Assembly (NCBI GenBank): GCA_046484425.1
Contig: JAWOIY010000023.1
Location: 27,771 to 91,770 of the forward strand
Length of the DNA: 64,000 nucleotides
DNA from: Desulfobacterales bacterium
GTDB lineage: Bacteria; Desulfobacterota; Desulfobacteria; Desulfobacterales; UBA11574
Reading direction: 5' to 3'
Positions 1-12,530 of the stretch are shown piece after piece. The first letter of the stretch is position 1; every line of letters starts with the position of its first letter. Below the pieces are notes generated by a model, which was given only the letters and a program-made list of their open reading frames with translations, was not told the origin of the DNA and did not search any database. The position numbers and the translations under genes are program-made.

Positions 1-1087
1 CGGCAACGCGATTTTGATCATCCACCAGCAGAACATAGCGTCCGTCGTGGTCTTCCAGAACCGCCGTCTGGGGCACCACCGGCATGGGTTTAGCCGCACT
101 TTTCGAAACCATAACGGTAACGTACTGCCCGGGAATCAATACGGCTTCAGCGTTTTTAAAAAAAGCCCGGACAGCGATGGTGCCGGTGTTAACATCCACG
201 GTATTGTCCACAAAGTCCACATGCCCCGCTGTTTTGAGAATTTGACCGTCGGCCAGTTGGATTCGCGGCATCAGTATGGGTTGATTTTTCCCCCTATCGG
301 CATCCTTAAGGGCCATATTAATGGCAGCAAGGTCATTTTCACTGATTGAATAGACCACCCGAATCGGATCCAGCTGAACAATTCGGGCAAGCGATGCTGA
401 ATCTGGCCCGACCAAATTACCTCTGGTAAAAGCGGTTCGCCCGATGCGACCGGATATGGGCGCTGTAATAGACGTGTATCCCAGATTAATTTGGGCGATT
501 CGAAGATTGGCTTTGGCCTGCTCGAGCTGCGCTCTGGCACGAAGTTCTTCGGCCACGGCATTGTCCAGGTCCGTTGCGGATATTCCCCCGGAACGGACCG
601 TTTGTGCCCGATTGAGAAATTGGCGAGCTTTGGTGAGTATTGCTTCAGCCTGGGCCAGCGATGCTTTATCGGAATCAACCTTGGCCAGGTAGGGCGCTTT
701 TTCGATAACATAGAGAAGATCACCGGTCCGAACATCGCTTCCCTCTTTGAAGTTGACCTGTTCCAGAAATCCTTCGACCCTGGCCCTTAAATCAACACTC
801 TGGATAGCCTCCACGTGGCCCACATACTCCGATGGCGGATTGACATCCTGCTCGACAACCATAGCTACCTTTACCAGCGGCGGCGGTCCATCTCCAGGCC
901 CGGCAGGCGCTGCGTTCACGCCCAAGGAAAATACCAGCATTAAGAGGATACCCAACAGCAGGACAACAGGTCCGATAAAACGGACCCTGACGTCCGTTTT
1001 TAAAATCATTTTTTGAAGAGACTTAATACCACCGTATATCGCATCATTTATCGCTTCAGGACTATTTGCGCCGCGTTTCGTTCTCAT
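1..1087 (-). CDS. RND efflux periplasmic adaptor (MFP, AcrA/MexA-like); 3' end runs off the window
   Basis: Not in the ORF track because it has no stop in the window. Manual translation from ATG 1087 (GGAGG upstream) gives MRTKRG...TM segment...EYVGHVEAIQSVDLRARVEGFLEQVNFKEGSDVRTGDLLYVIE, the typical MFP lipoyl motif. Confidence 0.9.
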   Translation of the reverse strand, partial: MRTKRGANSPEAINDAIYGGIKSLQKMILKTDVRVRFIGPVVLLLGILLMLVFSLGVNAAPAGPGDGPPPLVKVAMVVEQDVNPPSEYVGHVEAIQSVDLRARVEGFLEQVNFKEGSDVRTGDLLYVIEKAPYLAKVDSDKASLAQAEAILTKARQFLNRAQTVRSGGISATDLDNAVAEELRARAQLEQAKANLRIAQINLGYTSITAPISGRIGRTAFTRGNLVGPDSASLARIVQLDPIRVVYSISENDLAAINMALKDADRGKNQPILMPRIQLADGQILKTAGHVDFVDNTVDVNTGTIAVRAFFKNAEAVLIPGQYVTVMVSKSAAKPMPVVPQTAVLEDHDGRYVLLVDDQNRVA

Positions 1088-1287
1088 ATTTTTACGATCC
1101 TCCAAACCATTCGATGTTGAAATAAGCCTTCTCCGGGGTTGGGAATAAAAGCATTTGACAGTTTTAAACATTTATTTTAAATGTTCATTTAATATAAGCC
1201 ATCGACCAATTCAAGCAAAACTTTAAATCGTCATTTAATTTATTTCGTTTTCAGCTCTTATAATAAATCCTTCGTGCTCTAATTCAT

Positions 1288-1305
1288 AAATACGATGACG
1301 TATTT
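1288..1305. promoter_or_regulatory. Palindromic operator AAATACG-N4-CGTATTT (copy 1), likely bound by the adjacent TetR
   Basis: Perfect 7-4-7 inverted repeat, repeated at 1368-1387, lying between the divergent MFP and TetR genes. Confidence 0.7.
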
Positions 1306-1367
1306 TTATTGGGACACCGGACCAAACAAGCTGGAGTTCAAAAGTTTGAAATGCCTAAAGTGAGCTA

Positions 1368-1387
1368 TAAATACGTAATCGTATTTA
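1368..1387. promoter_or_regulatory. Palindromic operator TAAATACG-N4-CGTATTTA (copy 2)
   Basis: Perfect 8-4-8 inverted repeat about 30 bp upstream of the TetR start. Confidence 0.7.
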
Positions 1388-1415
1388 CGAATATATGTAC
1401 TAAGGGAGATATACC

Positions 1416-2048
1416 ATGGCACAACGAGAAGATGGCAAGGTAACCCGAAATCGAGTGCTGAATGCCGCCTGTGAAGTGTTTGCTGAAAAAGGGTATCGCA
1501 ACGCCAAGGTGGCGGAGATCTGTCGCCGAGCCGGTGCCAACGTGGCGGCTGTCAACTATTATTTCGGCAATAAGGCCGCCCTGTACGCCGAAGCCTGGCA
1601 ACATGCTTTTAATGAATATGCCATGCCTGAATCACCCATACCTGCGCATATTTCTCCGGACGACCAGTTGAAAAACTACATTTACGCTCTTATAAAAAAC
1701 TTTATGGAAAGGGGCCTGCAGGGGTATTTCACACGCCTTTACCTGATGGAACTGGCCAACCCCACAGGGTTGATACAGGACTCCTGGCATGATATAATCG
1801 AACCTCGTCGTCAAAAACTAATTGGAATCATTCGAAATATATTGGGAATCGAAACGACGGACGAAACTACTCTGTTTTGTGAACTGAGCATCATCAGCCA
1901 GTGCCGTGCCCTTTTAACCATCAATCGCGTTGACCTGGAATACCTGTTGGGTAAGCCCCTATCGCCAAATTTGATCAAACGACTGGCCGACCACATTGCC
2001 TGTTTTTCGCTGTCGGGTATCAGGGCTGTCAATAAATTGCAGATCTGA
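1416..2048 (+). CDS. TetR-family regulator with CecR/YbiH (DUF1956)-like C-terminal domain
   Basis: TetR HTH: RVLNAACEVFAEKGY...AEICRRAGANVAAVNYYFGNKAALY; C-terminal IACFSLSGI. Confidence 0.88.
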   Translation: MAQREDGKVTRNRVLNAACEVFAEKGYRNAKVAEICRRAGANVAAVNYYFGNKAALYAEAWQHAFNEYAMPESPIPAHISPDDQLKNYIYALIKNFMERGLQGYFTRLYLMELANPTGLIQDSWHDIIEPRRQKLIGIIRNILGIETTDETTLFCELSIISQCRALLTINRVDLEYLLGKPLSPNLIKRLADHIACFSLSGIRAVNKLQI

Positions 2049-2100
2049 GAAGCAATAAATTTCCCCAAAAAACTCCTAATCAATCGGATTCTCTTACAGG

Positions 2101-2129
2101 TTGACAAAAAAGAGTTTCTGGAATATTTT
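2101..2129 (+). promoter_or_regulatory. Putative sigma70 promoter of cfa
   Basis: TTGACA-N17-TATTTT about 70 bp upstream of cfa. Confidence 0.45.
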
Positions 2130-2197
2130 TTATTTGGTAGTACCATTTTTCCCGGACACCCATTCTGATTTTATCTATTTATAAAAAGGATGAGGTC

Positions 2198-3316
2198 ATG
2201 GGCAACACGAAATTTCGCGAAAAGATTGAATATCTTTTATCCTTGGCCGATGTTCAAATTAACGGCGACCGTCCATGGGATATACAGGTTTATAATGAAA
2301 AGCTATACCAACGCCTTCTGGCCGAAGGTTCGCTGGGTCTCGGCGAGGCTTATATGGATGGATGGTGGGATTGTGAAAGGCTCGACGAATTTATTTGCAG
2401 CGTTTTAAAAGCGAATCTTGGCGGTAAAATCAATCCCTGGAAAGAGTTTTTTTCTATTTTGAAAGCCAAGCTGTTCAATCTTCAAAAACCGTCTTTATGT
2501 TTTATAGACTGCCAGCACCACTATGACATCGGCAATGATCTTTATCAATCCATGCTTGACAAACTTCGAATATACAGTTGCGCTTACTGGAAGAATGCAT
2601 CTTCTCTTGACGATGCGCAAGAAAAAAAGCTGGAATTGGTTTGCCGTAAGTTGTTATTAAAACCGGGAATGCGTGTTCTCGATATCGGATGCGGCTGGGG
2701 GGGGACTGCCAAGTTTATTGCTGAAAACTATCAAGTAGAGGTCGTCGGCATCACTGTTTCCGAAAAGCAGGCACGTTTTGCTGAAAAGTTATGTCAAGGA
2801 CTGCCGGTCGAAATCCGCCTTGAGGACTACCGAAGCCTGACGGGCGTGTTTGATCGTATTGTTTCTCTGGGTATGATCGAACATGTGGGTTACAAAAACC
2901 ACAAAACTTTTATGCGGGTTGCCCGCCGGTGCCTGAAAGAGAGCGGCGTCTTTGTTCTCCAAACCATCGGGAACAACCGTTCCCAGAAAAAAATGGATCC
3001 CTGGATCAACAGATATATCTTTCCAAATTCCCTACTGCCGTCAGCAAAACAAATTAACGATGCTATTGAAAACCTTTTTGTTCTCGAAGACTGGCATAAT
3101 TTTGGCCCGGATTACGACAAAACACTTATGCACTGGTTTCAAAATTTTCAAAACAACTGGAATGATCTCAAAGATAAATATGGTGAGCGTTTCTATCGAA
3201 TGTGGAAATATTATCTATTGTCTTGTGCCGGCACCTTTCGCGCAAGATCCAACCAACTCTGGCAAATCGTTCTATCACCCAAAGGGATTCCCAACGGATA
3301 TCACGCACCACGCTAA
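2198..3316 (+). CDS. cfa: Cyclopropane-fatty-acyl-phospholipid synthase
   Basis: GSLGLGEAYMDGWW, HYDIGNDLY, SAM motif VLDIGCGWGG, RFYRMWKYYLLSCAG. Confidence 0.95.
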   Translation: MGNTKFREKIEYLLSLADVQINGDRPWDIQVYNEKLYQRLLAEGSLGLGEAYMDGWWDCERLDEFICSVLKANLGGKINPWKEFFSILKAKLFNLQKPSLCFIDCQHHYDIGNDLYQSMLDKLRIYSCAYWKNASSLDDAQEKKLELVCRKLLLKPGMRVLDIGCGWGGTAKFIAENYQVEVVGITVSEKQARFAEKLCQGLPVEIRLEDYRSLTGVFDRIVSLGMIEHVGYKNHKTFMRVARRCLKESGVFVLQTIGNNRSQKKMDPWINRYIFPNSLLPSAKQINDAIENLFVLEDWHNFGPDYDKTLMHWFQNFQNNWNDLKDKYGERFYRMWKYYLLSCAGTFRARSNQLWQIVLSPKGIPNGYHAPR

Positions 3317-3437
3317 CCCGGATCTTTTTAAAAATATAAAAAATCGGAAATATAACAAGATTCATTTACCCCTCAAAATAATTTGAGTTGTAACTGGCCT
3401 TTTTTTGATTTGTTCTCCGGAATAATAGACTCATGTG

Positions 3438-4838
3438 TTAACAGGTTTTCTTCAATCTTTTTCTATTTACCTTATCCGGCCGATCTTCAGTAATCACACA
3501 GGCCGACTTGTTTGATCGTGCTTTTTTGAATGCCGGGTTGGGTGTTTCTAAATTAAAAAGCGCGTTTTGCCCCTGAAGTTTATCTCGTTCATCCGGATTA
3601 AAAATTTTTATTCTACCAAATTCTCCGTCATACCCTGGTAAAAGATCAATTTTGTTTTGCCGAACCCTCATAATCGCCTCGCCTAACAAGGGAACGTCCG
3701 CAGTCTCAATAATTTCTTTGTCAATGGTCGTTAAAATGTCGAATTCGGATCCCAGTTTTTCAAGTATATATCTATAGTTCCCCATCACTTTTTTTGAACC
3801 AGGACCTACATTTAGAACTTCGGACAAAATTTCAACAAGCGGAATAGTATGTTGAAAAGAATGATATTTTTTTGGTTTAATCCCTTCCGGACGATCTGCA
3901 AGCTCCTCCACCCTGTACAATACACCCAGGGTTAGCGGTTTTCCGCAAACCGGGCATATTTTCCCTTTTTCACGTGTCGTTTGGGGCCAATAACGAACAT
4001 TACAGTTTCTATGTCCATCAAGATGATATTTTCCTTCTTCCGGATAAAATTCCAACGTACCTAAAAATCTTTCAGGATCACCACTTTTTAAAGCGGATTT
4101 TACCGCGAAATATGAGAGTTCTGTATTAAACAGATTTGCTTCACGCCCCAATTTTAATGGTGAGTGTGCATCAGAATTTGACACGAGCGTCAGGCCGTCC
4201 AGTGCAGACACCCGCCAGTTCATTTGAGGATCTGAGGAAAGACCCGTTTCAACAGCAAAAATATAAGATGTAAGATCCTCAAAACACTCATTTATAGAAT
4301 CGAAACCTGATTTGGAACCCAGAACCGAAAACCACGGCGTCCAGATATGGGCAGGAATAAGGAACCCCGCCTCAGATGTTTCAAGAAGCATTTCTAAAAG
4401 ATCCCTGGCATCAAGACCAAGTATCGGCCTTCCGTCAGATTTTATATTTCCAATCTTGTCGAGTTTAAAAATAAATTTCTCCGCCTGATCAAAATCGGAT
4501 AAAAAAACAAGATTATGATTTTTACGGACTTTTTTGTTTTTTTTATATATATTGCTAATTTCAGAAACCAGCATAAAATGAACGGTTCTGCGGCATGACT
4601 TTGGAATTTCTTGATCACATAATCTCGAATATTTTTCTTTCAACCTGAACATCCCGGGTTCAGCAGGTGTCAGTTTTTCTTTTATTTCAGCAAACCAACC
4701 GGGATGGGTAAAATCACCGGTTCCAATAACGGATATACCTTTCAGTTGCGCTGCAATGTATAAATTTTCAAGATCCGAATTCTTTGCCGTTGCCATGGAA
4801 AAACGGGAATGAACATGAAAATCAGCGATAAACTTCAT
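3438..4838 (-). CDS. Endonuclease Q family protein (PHP fold, TIGR00375/YqxK-like)
   Basis: ADFHVHSRFS, GTGDFTHPGW, PAHIWTPW, ETGLSSD, SNSDAHS, LGREAN, GKYHLDGHRNC, CPVCGK, PGYDGEFG. Confidence 0.9.
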   Translation of the reverse strand: MKFIADFHVHSRFSMATAKNSDLENLYIAAQLKGISVIGTGDFTHPGWFAEIKEKLTPAEPGMFRLKEKYSRLCDQEIPKSCRRTVHFMLVSEISNIYKKNKKVRKNHNLVFLSDFDQAEKFIFKLDKIGNIKSDGRPILGLDARDLLEMLLETSEAGFLIPAHIWTPWFSVLGSKSGFDSINECFEDLTSYIFAVETGLSSDPQMNWRVSALDGLTLVSNSDAHSPLKLGREANLFNTELSYFAVKSALKSGDPERFLGTLEFYPEEGKYHLDGHRNCNVRYWPQTTREKGKICPVCGKPLTLGVLYRVEELADRPEGIKPKKYHSFQHTIPLVEILSEVLNVGPGSKKVMGNYRYILEKLGSEFDILTTIDKEIIETADVPLLGEAIMRVRQNKIDLLPGYDGEFGRIKIFNPDERDKLQGQNALFNLETPNPAFKKARSNKSACVITEDRPDKVNRKRLKKTC

Positions 4839-4903
4839 ATTTTTTTCTTAGTCACTGGGTTATTGTTGGATATTCGGTAAAAACACTTGTAACATTCGGA
4901 TAA

Positions 4904-4951
4904 ACAGTATATATACTTAGATTAAATAAAATTAAACACAATATATAGTAT
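4904..4951. promoter_or_regulatory. Tandem NrdR-box-like sites
   Basis: ACACAATATATAGTAT (4936-4951) closely matches the NrdR consensus acaCwAtATaTwGtgt. A weaker ACAGTATATATACTTA (4904-4919) lies 32 bp upstream, the typical tandem spacing. Confidence 0.6.
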
Positions 4952-5221
4952 TTTTTTAATTTTTAAAAGATTTAGATTTTTTGCAAAACACACATTTAAA
5001 ACTATGTATTTTATATTGATATTTTTTCAACAAATCACTACTTATAAACATTTTTTTTTATGTTTAACGACAATCTATGTTTTTTATTATTTTTTCTACG
5101 CTTTTCTTGTAAGTTTTAAATCCGTTTTTTAATATTATATTAATAAGTTATAAAGTTGTTGTCATTATTAACAATCTATAATCATTATTCTATTAATATA
5201 TAAACAAATAAGGAATGGATA
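4952..5221. other. Very AT-rich oriC-like region with variant DnaA boxes
   Basis: TTTTCAACA (5024-5032), TTATAAACA (5042-5050) and TTATTAACA (5165-5173) each differ from TTWTNCACA at position 6; the region is directly upstream of dnaN and a parS lies about 16 kb away. Confidence 0.45.
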
Positions 5222-8775
<3,554 letters not shown>

Positions 8776-8777
8776 AA

Positions 8778-9569
8778 ATGTATATTCATAAAATACAAGC
8801 AAGAGATTTGCCGGACCTTTGGTTTCAGGCTGTTCATGATATACTGGATCATGGTCGAAAATTTAAAATCGATCGTGGAAGTTATGCGGGTCAGACACGG
8901 TTGGAATATGATTATTTTACCGGCCACATTAAGTATCCCGGAACTCGGCCGCTTTTGCCTGATATTCCTCCTTCATGCGGTATTCCGAACCCGGTGGAAG
9001 AGGCTTATATTTACGGAGGGGAAGGTTATCAAAGATCGTATATCGAATATATCATGACCGGTCAAAAAGAACCGGGAGAATCTTATACGTATGGAGAAAG
9101 ACTCACCCGTGCACCGATTTCAGAAGAAAAGCTTGGATGGTGGAAAGCAGGGAACACGGAAATAATAGACAAAAGAGATGTGGACGGAAGGGCGGTTTTT
9201 GAAGAGGATGGCGAGCTTTTTCTAAATCAAATCGAATGGATCATTCAAACATATCAAAAGTATGGCAGAAGAAACAATCAAATGGTGCTCCAAGTGGCGC
9301 ATCCTTCCGATCTAACGCTTTTGGACCCGCCATGTTTGCGTTCCATAGACACCAGAATACAAAATGACGCACTTCATTTTATTGTGTATTTTCGTTCATG
9401 GGATCTATGGGGAGGGATGCCGGCGAACCTTGCCGGGATTCAAAATCTAAAAGAATATATGGCCGGAGAGGTCGGGGTAAAAGACGGTGAAATGATCGTT
9501 GAAAGCAAGGGACTTCACCTTTACGGGTATGCAGAAGAACTGGCGAAGCTTCGATGTATGAAGGCATAA
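8778..9569 (+). CDS. thyA: Thymidylate synthase (archaeal-type ThyA)
   Basis: YTYGERL, catalytic DPPCL, FRSWDLWGGMPAN, GLHLY; starts 2 nt after the gyrB stop. Confidence 0.85.
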   Translation: MYIHKIQARDLPDLWFQAVHDILDHGRKFKIDRGSYAGQTRLEYDYFTGHIKYPGTRPLLPDIPPSCGIPNPVEEAYIYGGEGYQRSYIEYIMTGQKEPGESYTYGERLTRAPISEEKLGWWKAGNTEIIDKRDVDGRAVFEEDGELFLNQIEWIIQTYQKYGRRNNQMVLQVAHPSDLTLLDPPCLRSIDTRIQNDALHFIVYFRSWDLWGGMPANLAGIQNLKEYMAGEVGVKDGEMIVESKGLHLYGYAEELAKLRCMKA

Positions 9570-9590
9570 AAGCACACAAAACATCTTAAA

Positions 9591-10973
9591 TTAAAACTCG
9601 ATGCTATTGGGCGTTCGCGGGAAAGGGATGACATCCCGGATATTATTGATGCCCGTCACCAACATAATCATTCGTTCGAATCCGAGGCCGAAACCGCTGT
9701 GTTCAACAGACCCGAAACGTCTCGAATCTAAATACCACCAGTAAGTTTCCTTCGGCATTTTCAGTTCTTCCATTCGATTTTCAAGTATCTCAAGGCGTTC
9801 TTCACGCTGGCTTCCCCCGATAATTTCTCCAATCCGAGGCACAAGAACATCCATCGCCGCTACAGTCTGATTGTCATCGTTTAAACGCATGTAAAACGGT
9901 TTTATGCTTTTGGGATAATTGAAAATAATTAACGGTTTTTTAAAGTGGTGTTCGGTCAGGAAGCGTTCATGTTCGGTCTGAAGGTCTTTTCCAAAATCGA
10001 TATCATATTCAAACTTTTTTCCGGATTTTTTTAATATTTCTACAGCCGAGGTGTAGGATAAACGTTCAAAATCGGATGATGCCACATTGTCCAGAGTTTT
10101 TATCAGTGTTTTATCCACATATTTTGCAAAGAGTTCGATGTCTTCCTTGCATTCATTAAGAACAAAATTCATTAAAAACTTAATCATCTCTTCCGCAAGG
10201 TCCATGTTTCCTTCCAGGTTACAGAACGCCATTTCAGGCTCGACCATCCAAAATTCGGCTACATGTCGACTGGTGTGAGAGTTTTCAGCCCTGAATGTCG
10301 GGCCGAAAGTATAAACATCTCCAAGAGCAAGGGCAAACATTTCAGCAGACAACTGGCCGGAAACAGTTAAATTTGCCTCTTTGCCAAAAAAATCTTGGGA
10401 ATAGTCTGCTTTACCGTCGATAAGTGGCGGATTGTCCAAAACCAGTGTCGTTACGCGAAACAGCTCTCCCGCCCCTTCACAATCCGAGCCGGTAATAATG
10501 GGTGAATGAATATATTTAAAACCCCTGTCTCTGAAAAATTTATGAATTGAATATGATAGCTCCGACCGGATTCGAAATGCGGCTCCATATTTATTGGTTC
10601 GAGGCCTTAAATGGGCGATGGTTCTTAAAAACTCGTCTGTATGACGCTTTTTCTGAAGCGGATACGTTTCTGGGGCAATGCCTAAAATATCAATCTTTTC
10701 CGCTACCAGCTCCCATTTTTGGCCGGGACCTTTTGATTCTGCAAGTTTTCCGGAAACAACAACTGCAGAACCCGTGGAAAGCCGGGTAATATCCTGGTAA
10801 TTGCTTAAGGTATTTTCGGCGATAACCTGAATATTTTTCAGGCAGGATCCATCGTTGACTTCGATAAATGAAAACGCTTTTGACTCACGCCGGGTTCTAA
10901 CCCAGCCCTTTATAAGAACGCTATCGAGAGGGTTTTCTGATTGGAGTAAATTTACAATTTTTATGCGTTTCAT
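9591..10973 (-). CDS. asnS: Asparagine--tRNA ligase
   Basis: [55 protein letters not shown]. Confidence 0.97.
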   Translation of the reverse strand: MKRIKIVNLLQSENPLDSVLIKGWVRTRRESKAFSFIEVNDGSCLKNIQVIAENTLSNYQDITRLSTGSAVVVSGKLAESKGPGQKWELVAEKIDILGIAPETYPLQKKRHTDEFLRTIAHLRPRTNKYGAAFRIRSELSYSIHKFFRDRGFKYIHSPIITGSDCEGAGELFRVTTLVLDNPPLIDGKADYSQDFFGKEANLTVSGQLSAEMFALALGDVYTFGPTFRAENSHTSRHVAEFWMVEPEMAFCNLEGNMDLAEEMIKFLMNFVLNECKEDIELFAKYVDKTLIKTLDNVASSDFERLSYTSAVEILKKSGKKFEYDIDFGKDLQTEHERFLTEHHFKKPLIIFNYPKSIKPFYMRLNDDNQTVAAMDVLVPRIGEIIGGSQREERLEILENRMEELKMPKETYWWYLDSRRFGSVEHSGFGLGFERMIMLVTGINNIRDVIPFPRTPNSIEF

Positions 10974-11005
10974 AATAGGTCTCCATAACTACACACCCGA
11001 ATGGA

Positions 11006-12418
11006 TTATAACTGAACGGTTATGTTATAAAGCTGATCCTGCCGTTGTAAAACGATAACCAATGATTTTTTATTGCGATATTTAATCATCGCCTTTTTAA
11101 AATCGTCGATGTTTTTTATGGTGAACTCATCCATCTGCCGGATAACGTCCCCGGGTCTGGCGCCAATTTGGGCGAGATACGAACGGCGGTTTAGTTCTGA
11201 AATCATAACCCCTTCTTGTGCATATACTTTGTAACTATTGCGATCTTTCTTGGAAAGATTTTTTACCGCAATTCCAAGAATCTCATAAGCCAGATCAAGA
11301 GCCAGTTCTTCCGGAAATACCGATGATTTTACAGAAAAAAGTTTCGTTTTGCCATCCATCCAGACAGTTATATTAATGGTTTCTCCAGCTGAAATATTAC
11401 TCATGGCCGTGTTAAAATCGTCTTGAGAAATAATATTTCGCGATCCAACACTTTGTATAATATCTCCAACGTGAATACCTGCCTTTAAAGCAGGTCCGGA
11501 CGCTTCTGTTTTTTTAACCAGAACACCTTTGGTGGTCGATACTTTCAAATAACGGGCCAGTTCATCATCGATATCCTGCACGGTAATACCAATCCATGCC
11601 GGAATAACTTCTCCGTATTTGATTAGGTCTGTGACAATTCTTCTGGCCATATTGATCGGTATGGCAAATCCGATCCCCTGAGCCTTGGCATATATGGCCG
11701 TATTTATACCGATAAGCTCCCCATATATATTCAGAAGCGGCCCGCCGCTGTTTCCCGGATTAATCGATGCGTCGGTCTGAATAAAATCATGATAGAATCT
11801 ATCGTTACCCCTAATACTGCGATTTATCGCGCTGATCACGCCCGTTGTTACGGTATTTGAAAAACCGAAAGGGTTTCCGATAGCGATAACCGTTTCTCCG
11901 ATCATCAAATTGTTGGAATTTCCCATTTCAATAGCAGGGAGAACATCCTCTGAAGCAATACGCAGTAAAGCCAAATCAGAATCGGGATCTGCACCTATGA
12001 TCTGTGCTTTGAATTCACGGCCGTCTTTTAAAGCAACGGTGATGGTTGAACTTTTTACAATAACATGTTTGTTGGTGAGAATAAATCCGCGTCTACCATC
12101 AATAATAACTCCGGATCCCAGACTGTTTCGTTTATATTTTTGTTCAAATCCAGGGTCGAAAAAGTCTTTGAAAAAAGACTCGAAAGAAGGATCCATACCA
12201 AACCCGTAAAATGGATTTACACGCTTTCGAACCTCGAACTCCGAACTTATATTCACCACCGCAGGACTGACTTTTCGAATGGCCTTTACAACCGCACTTT
12301 CGCGCAAACTTTCGTCAGCGAGGATAATAGGGGCAGTGAGAAAAAACAGGCAAAAAAACATGTAAAGCGAAACCCCTGAAATTACAAATTTGATGTTTTC
12401 CGATTTTATTCCTGGCAT
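11006..12418 (-). CDS. DegP/HtrA (Do family) periplasmic serine protease with two PDZ domains
   Basis: SLGSGVIID, LTNKHV, IQTDASINPGNSGGPL; N-terminal signal segment. Confidence 0.93.
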   Translation of the reverse strand: MPGIKSENIKFVISGVSLYMFFCLFFLTAPIILADESLRESAVVKAIRKVSPAVVNISSEFEVRKRVNPFYGFGMDPSFESFFKDFFDPGFEQKYKRNSLGSGVIIDGRRGFILTNKHVIVKSSTITVALKDGREFKAQIIGADPDSDLALLRIASEDVLPAIEMGNSNNLMIGETVIAIGNPFGFSNTVTTGVISAINRSIRGNDRFYHDFIQTDASINPGNSGGPLLNIYGELIGINTAIYAKAQGIGFAIPINMARRIVTDLIKYGEVIPAWIGITVQDIDDELARYLKVSTTKGVLVKKTEASGPALKAGIHVGDIIQSVGSRNIISQDDFNTAMSNISAGETINITVWMDGKTKLFSVKSSVFPEELALDLAYEILGIAVKNLSKKDRNSYKVYAQEGVMISELNRRSYLAQIGARPGDVIRQMDEFTIKNIDDFKKAMIKYRNKKSLVIVLQRQDQLYNITVQL

Positions 12419-12530
12419 TTTGGGCCTCGGTATAATACGGTTGGTTTCAAAAGGATAAATAAATGTAAAATCTAAACTACGTAATTACGCCGGTAACTTA
12501 ACTGGTGTGTTTCTTGAGAAAACATATATC

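Noticed and set aside
14-1016. Several ORF-track ORFs at the window start (14-349, 271-735, 444-692, 491-790, 747-1016)
   Set aside because: They are shadow frames of the minus-strand MFP gene starting at 1087.
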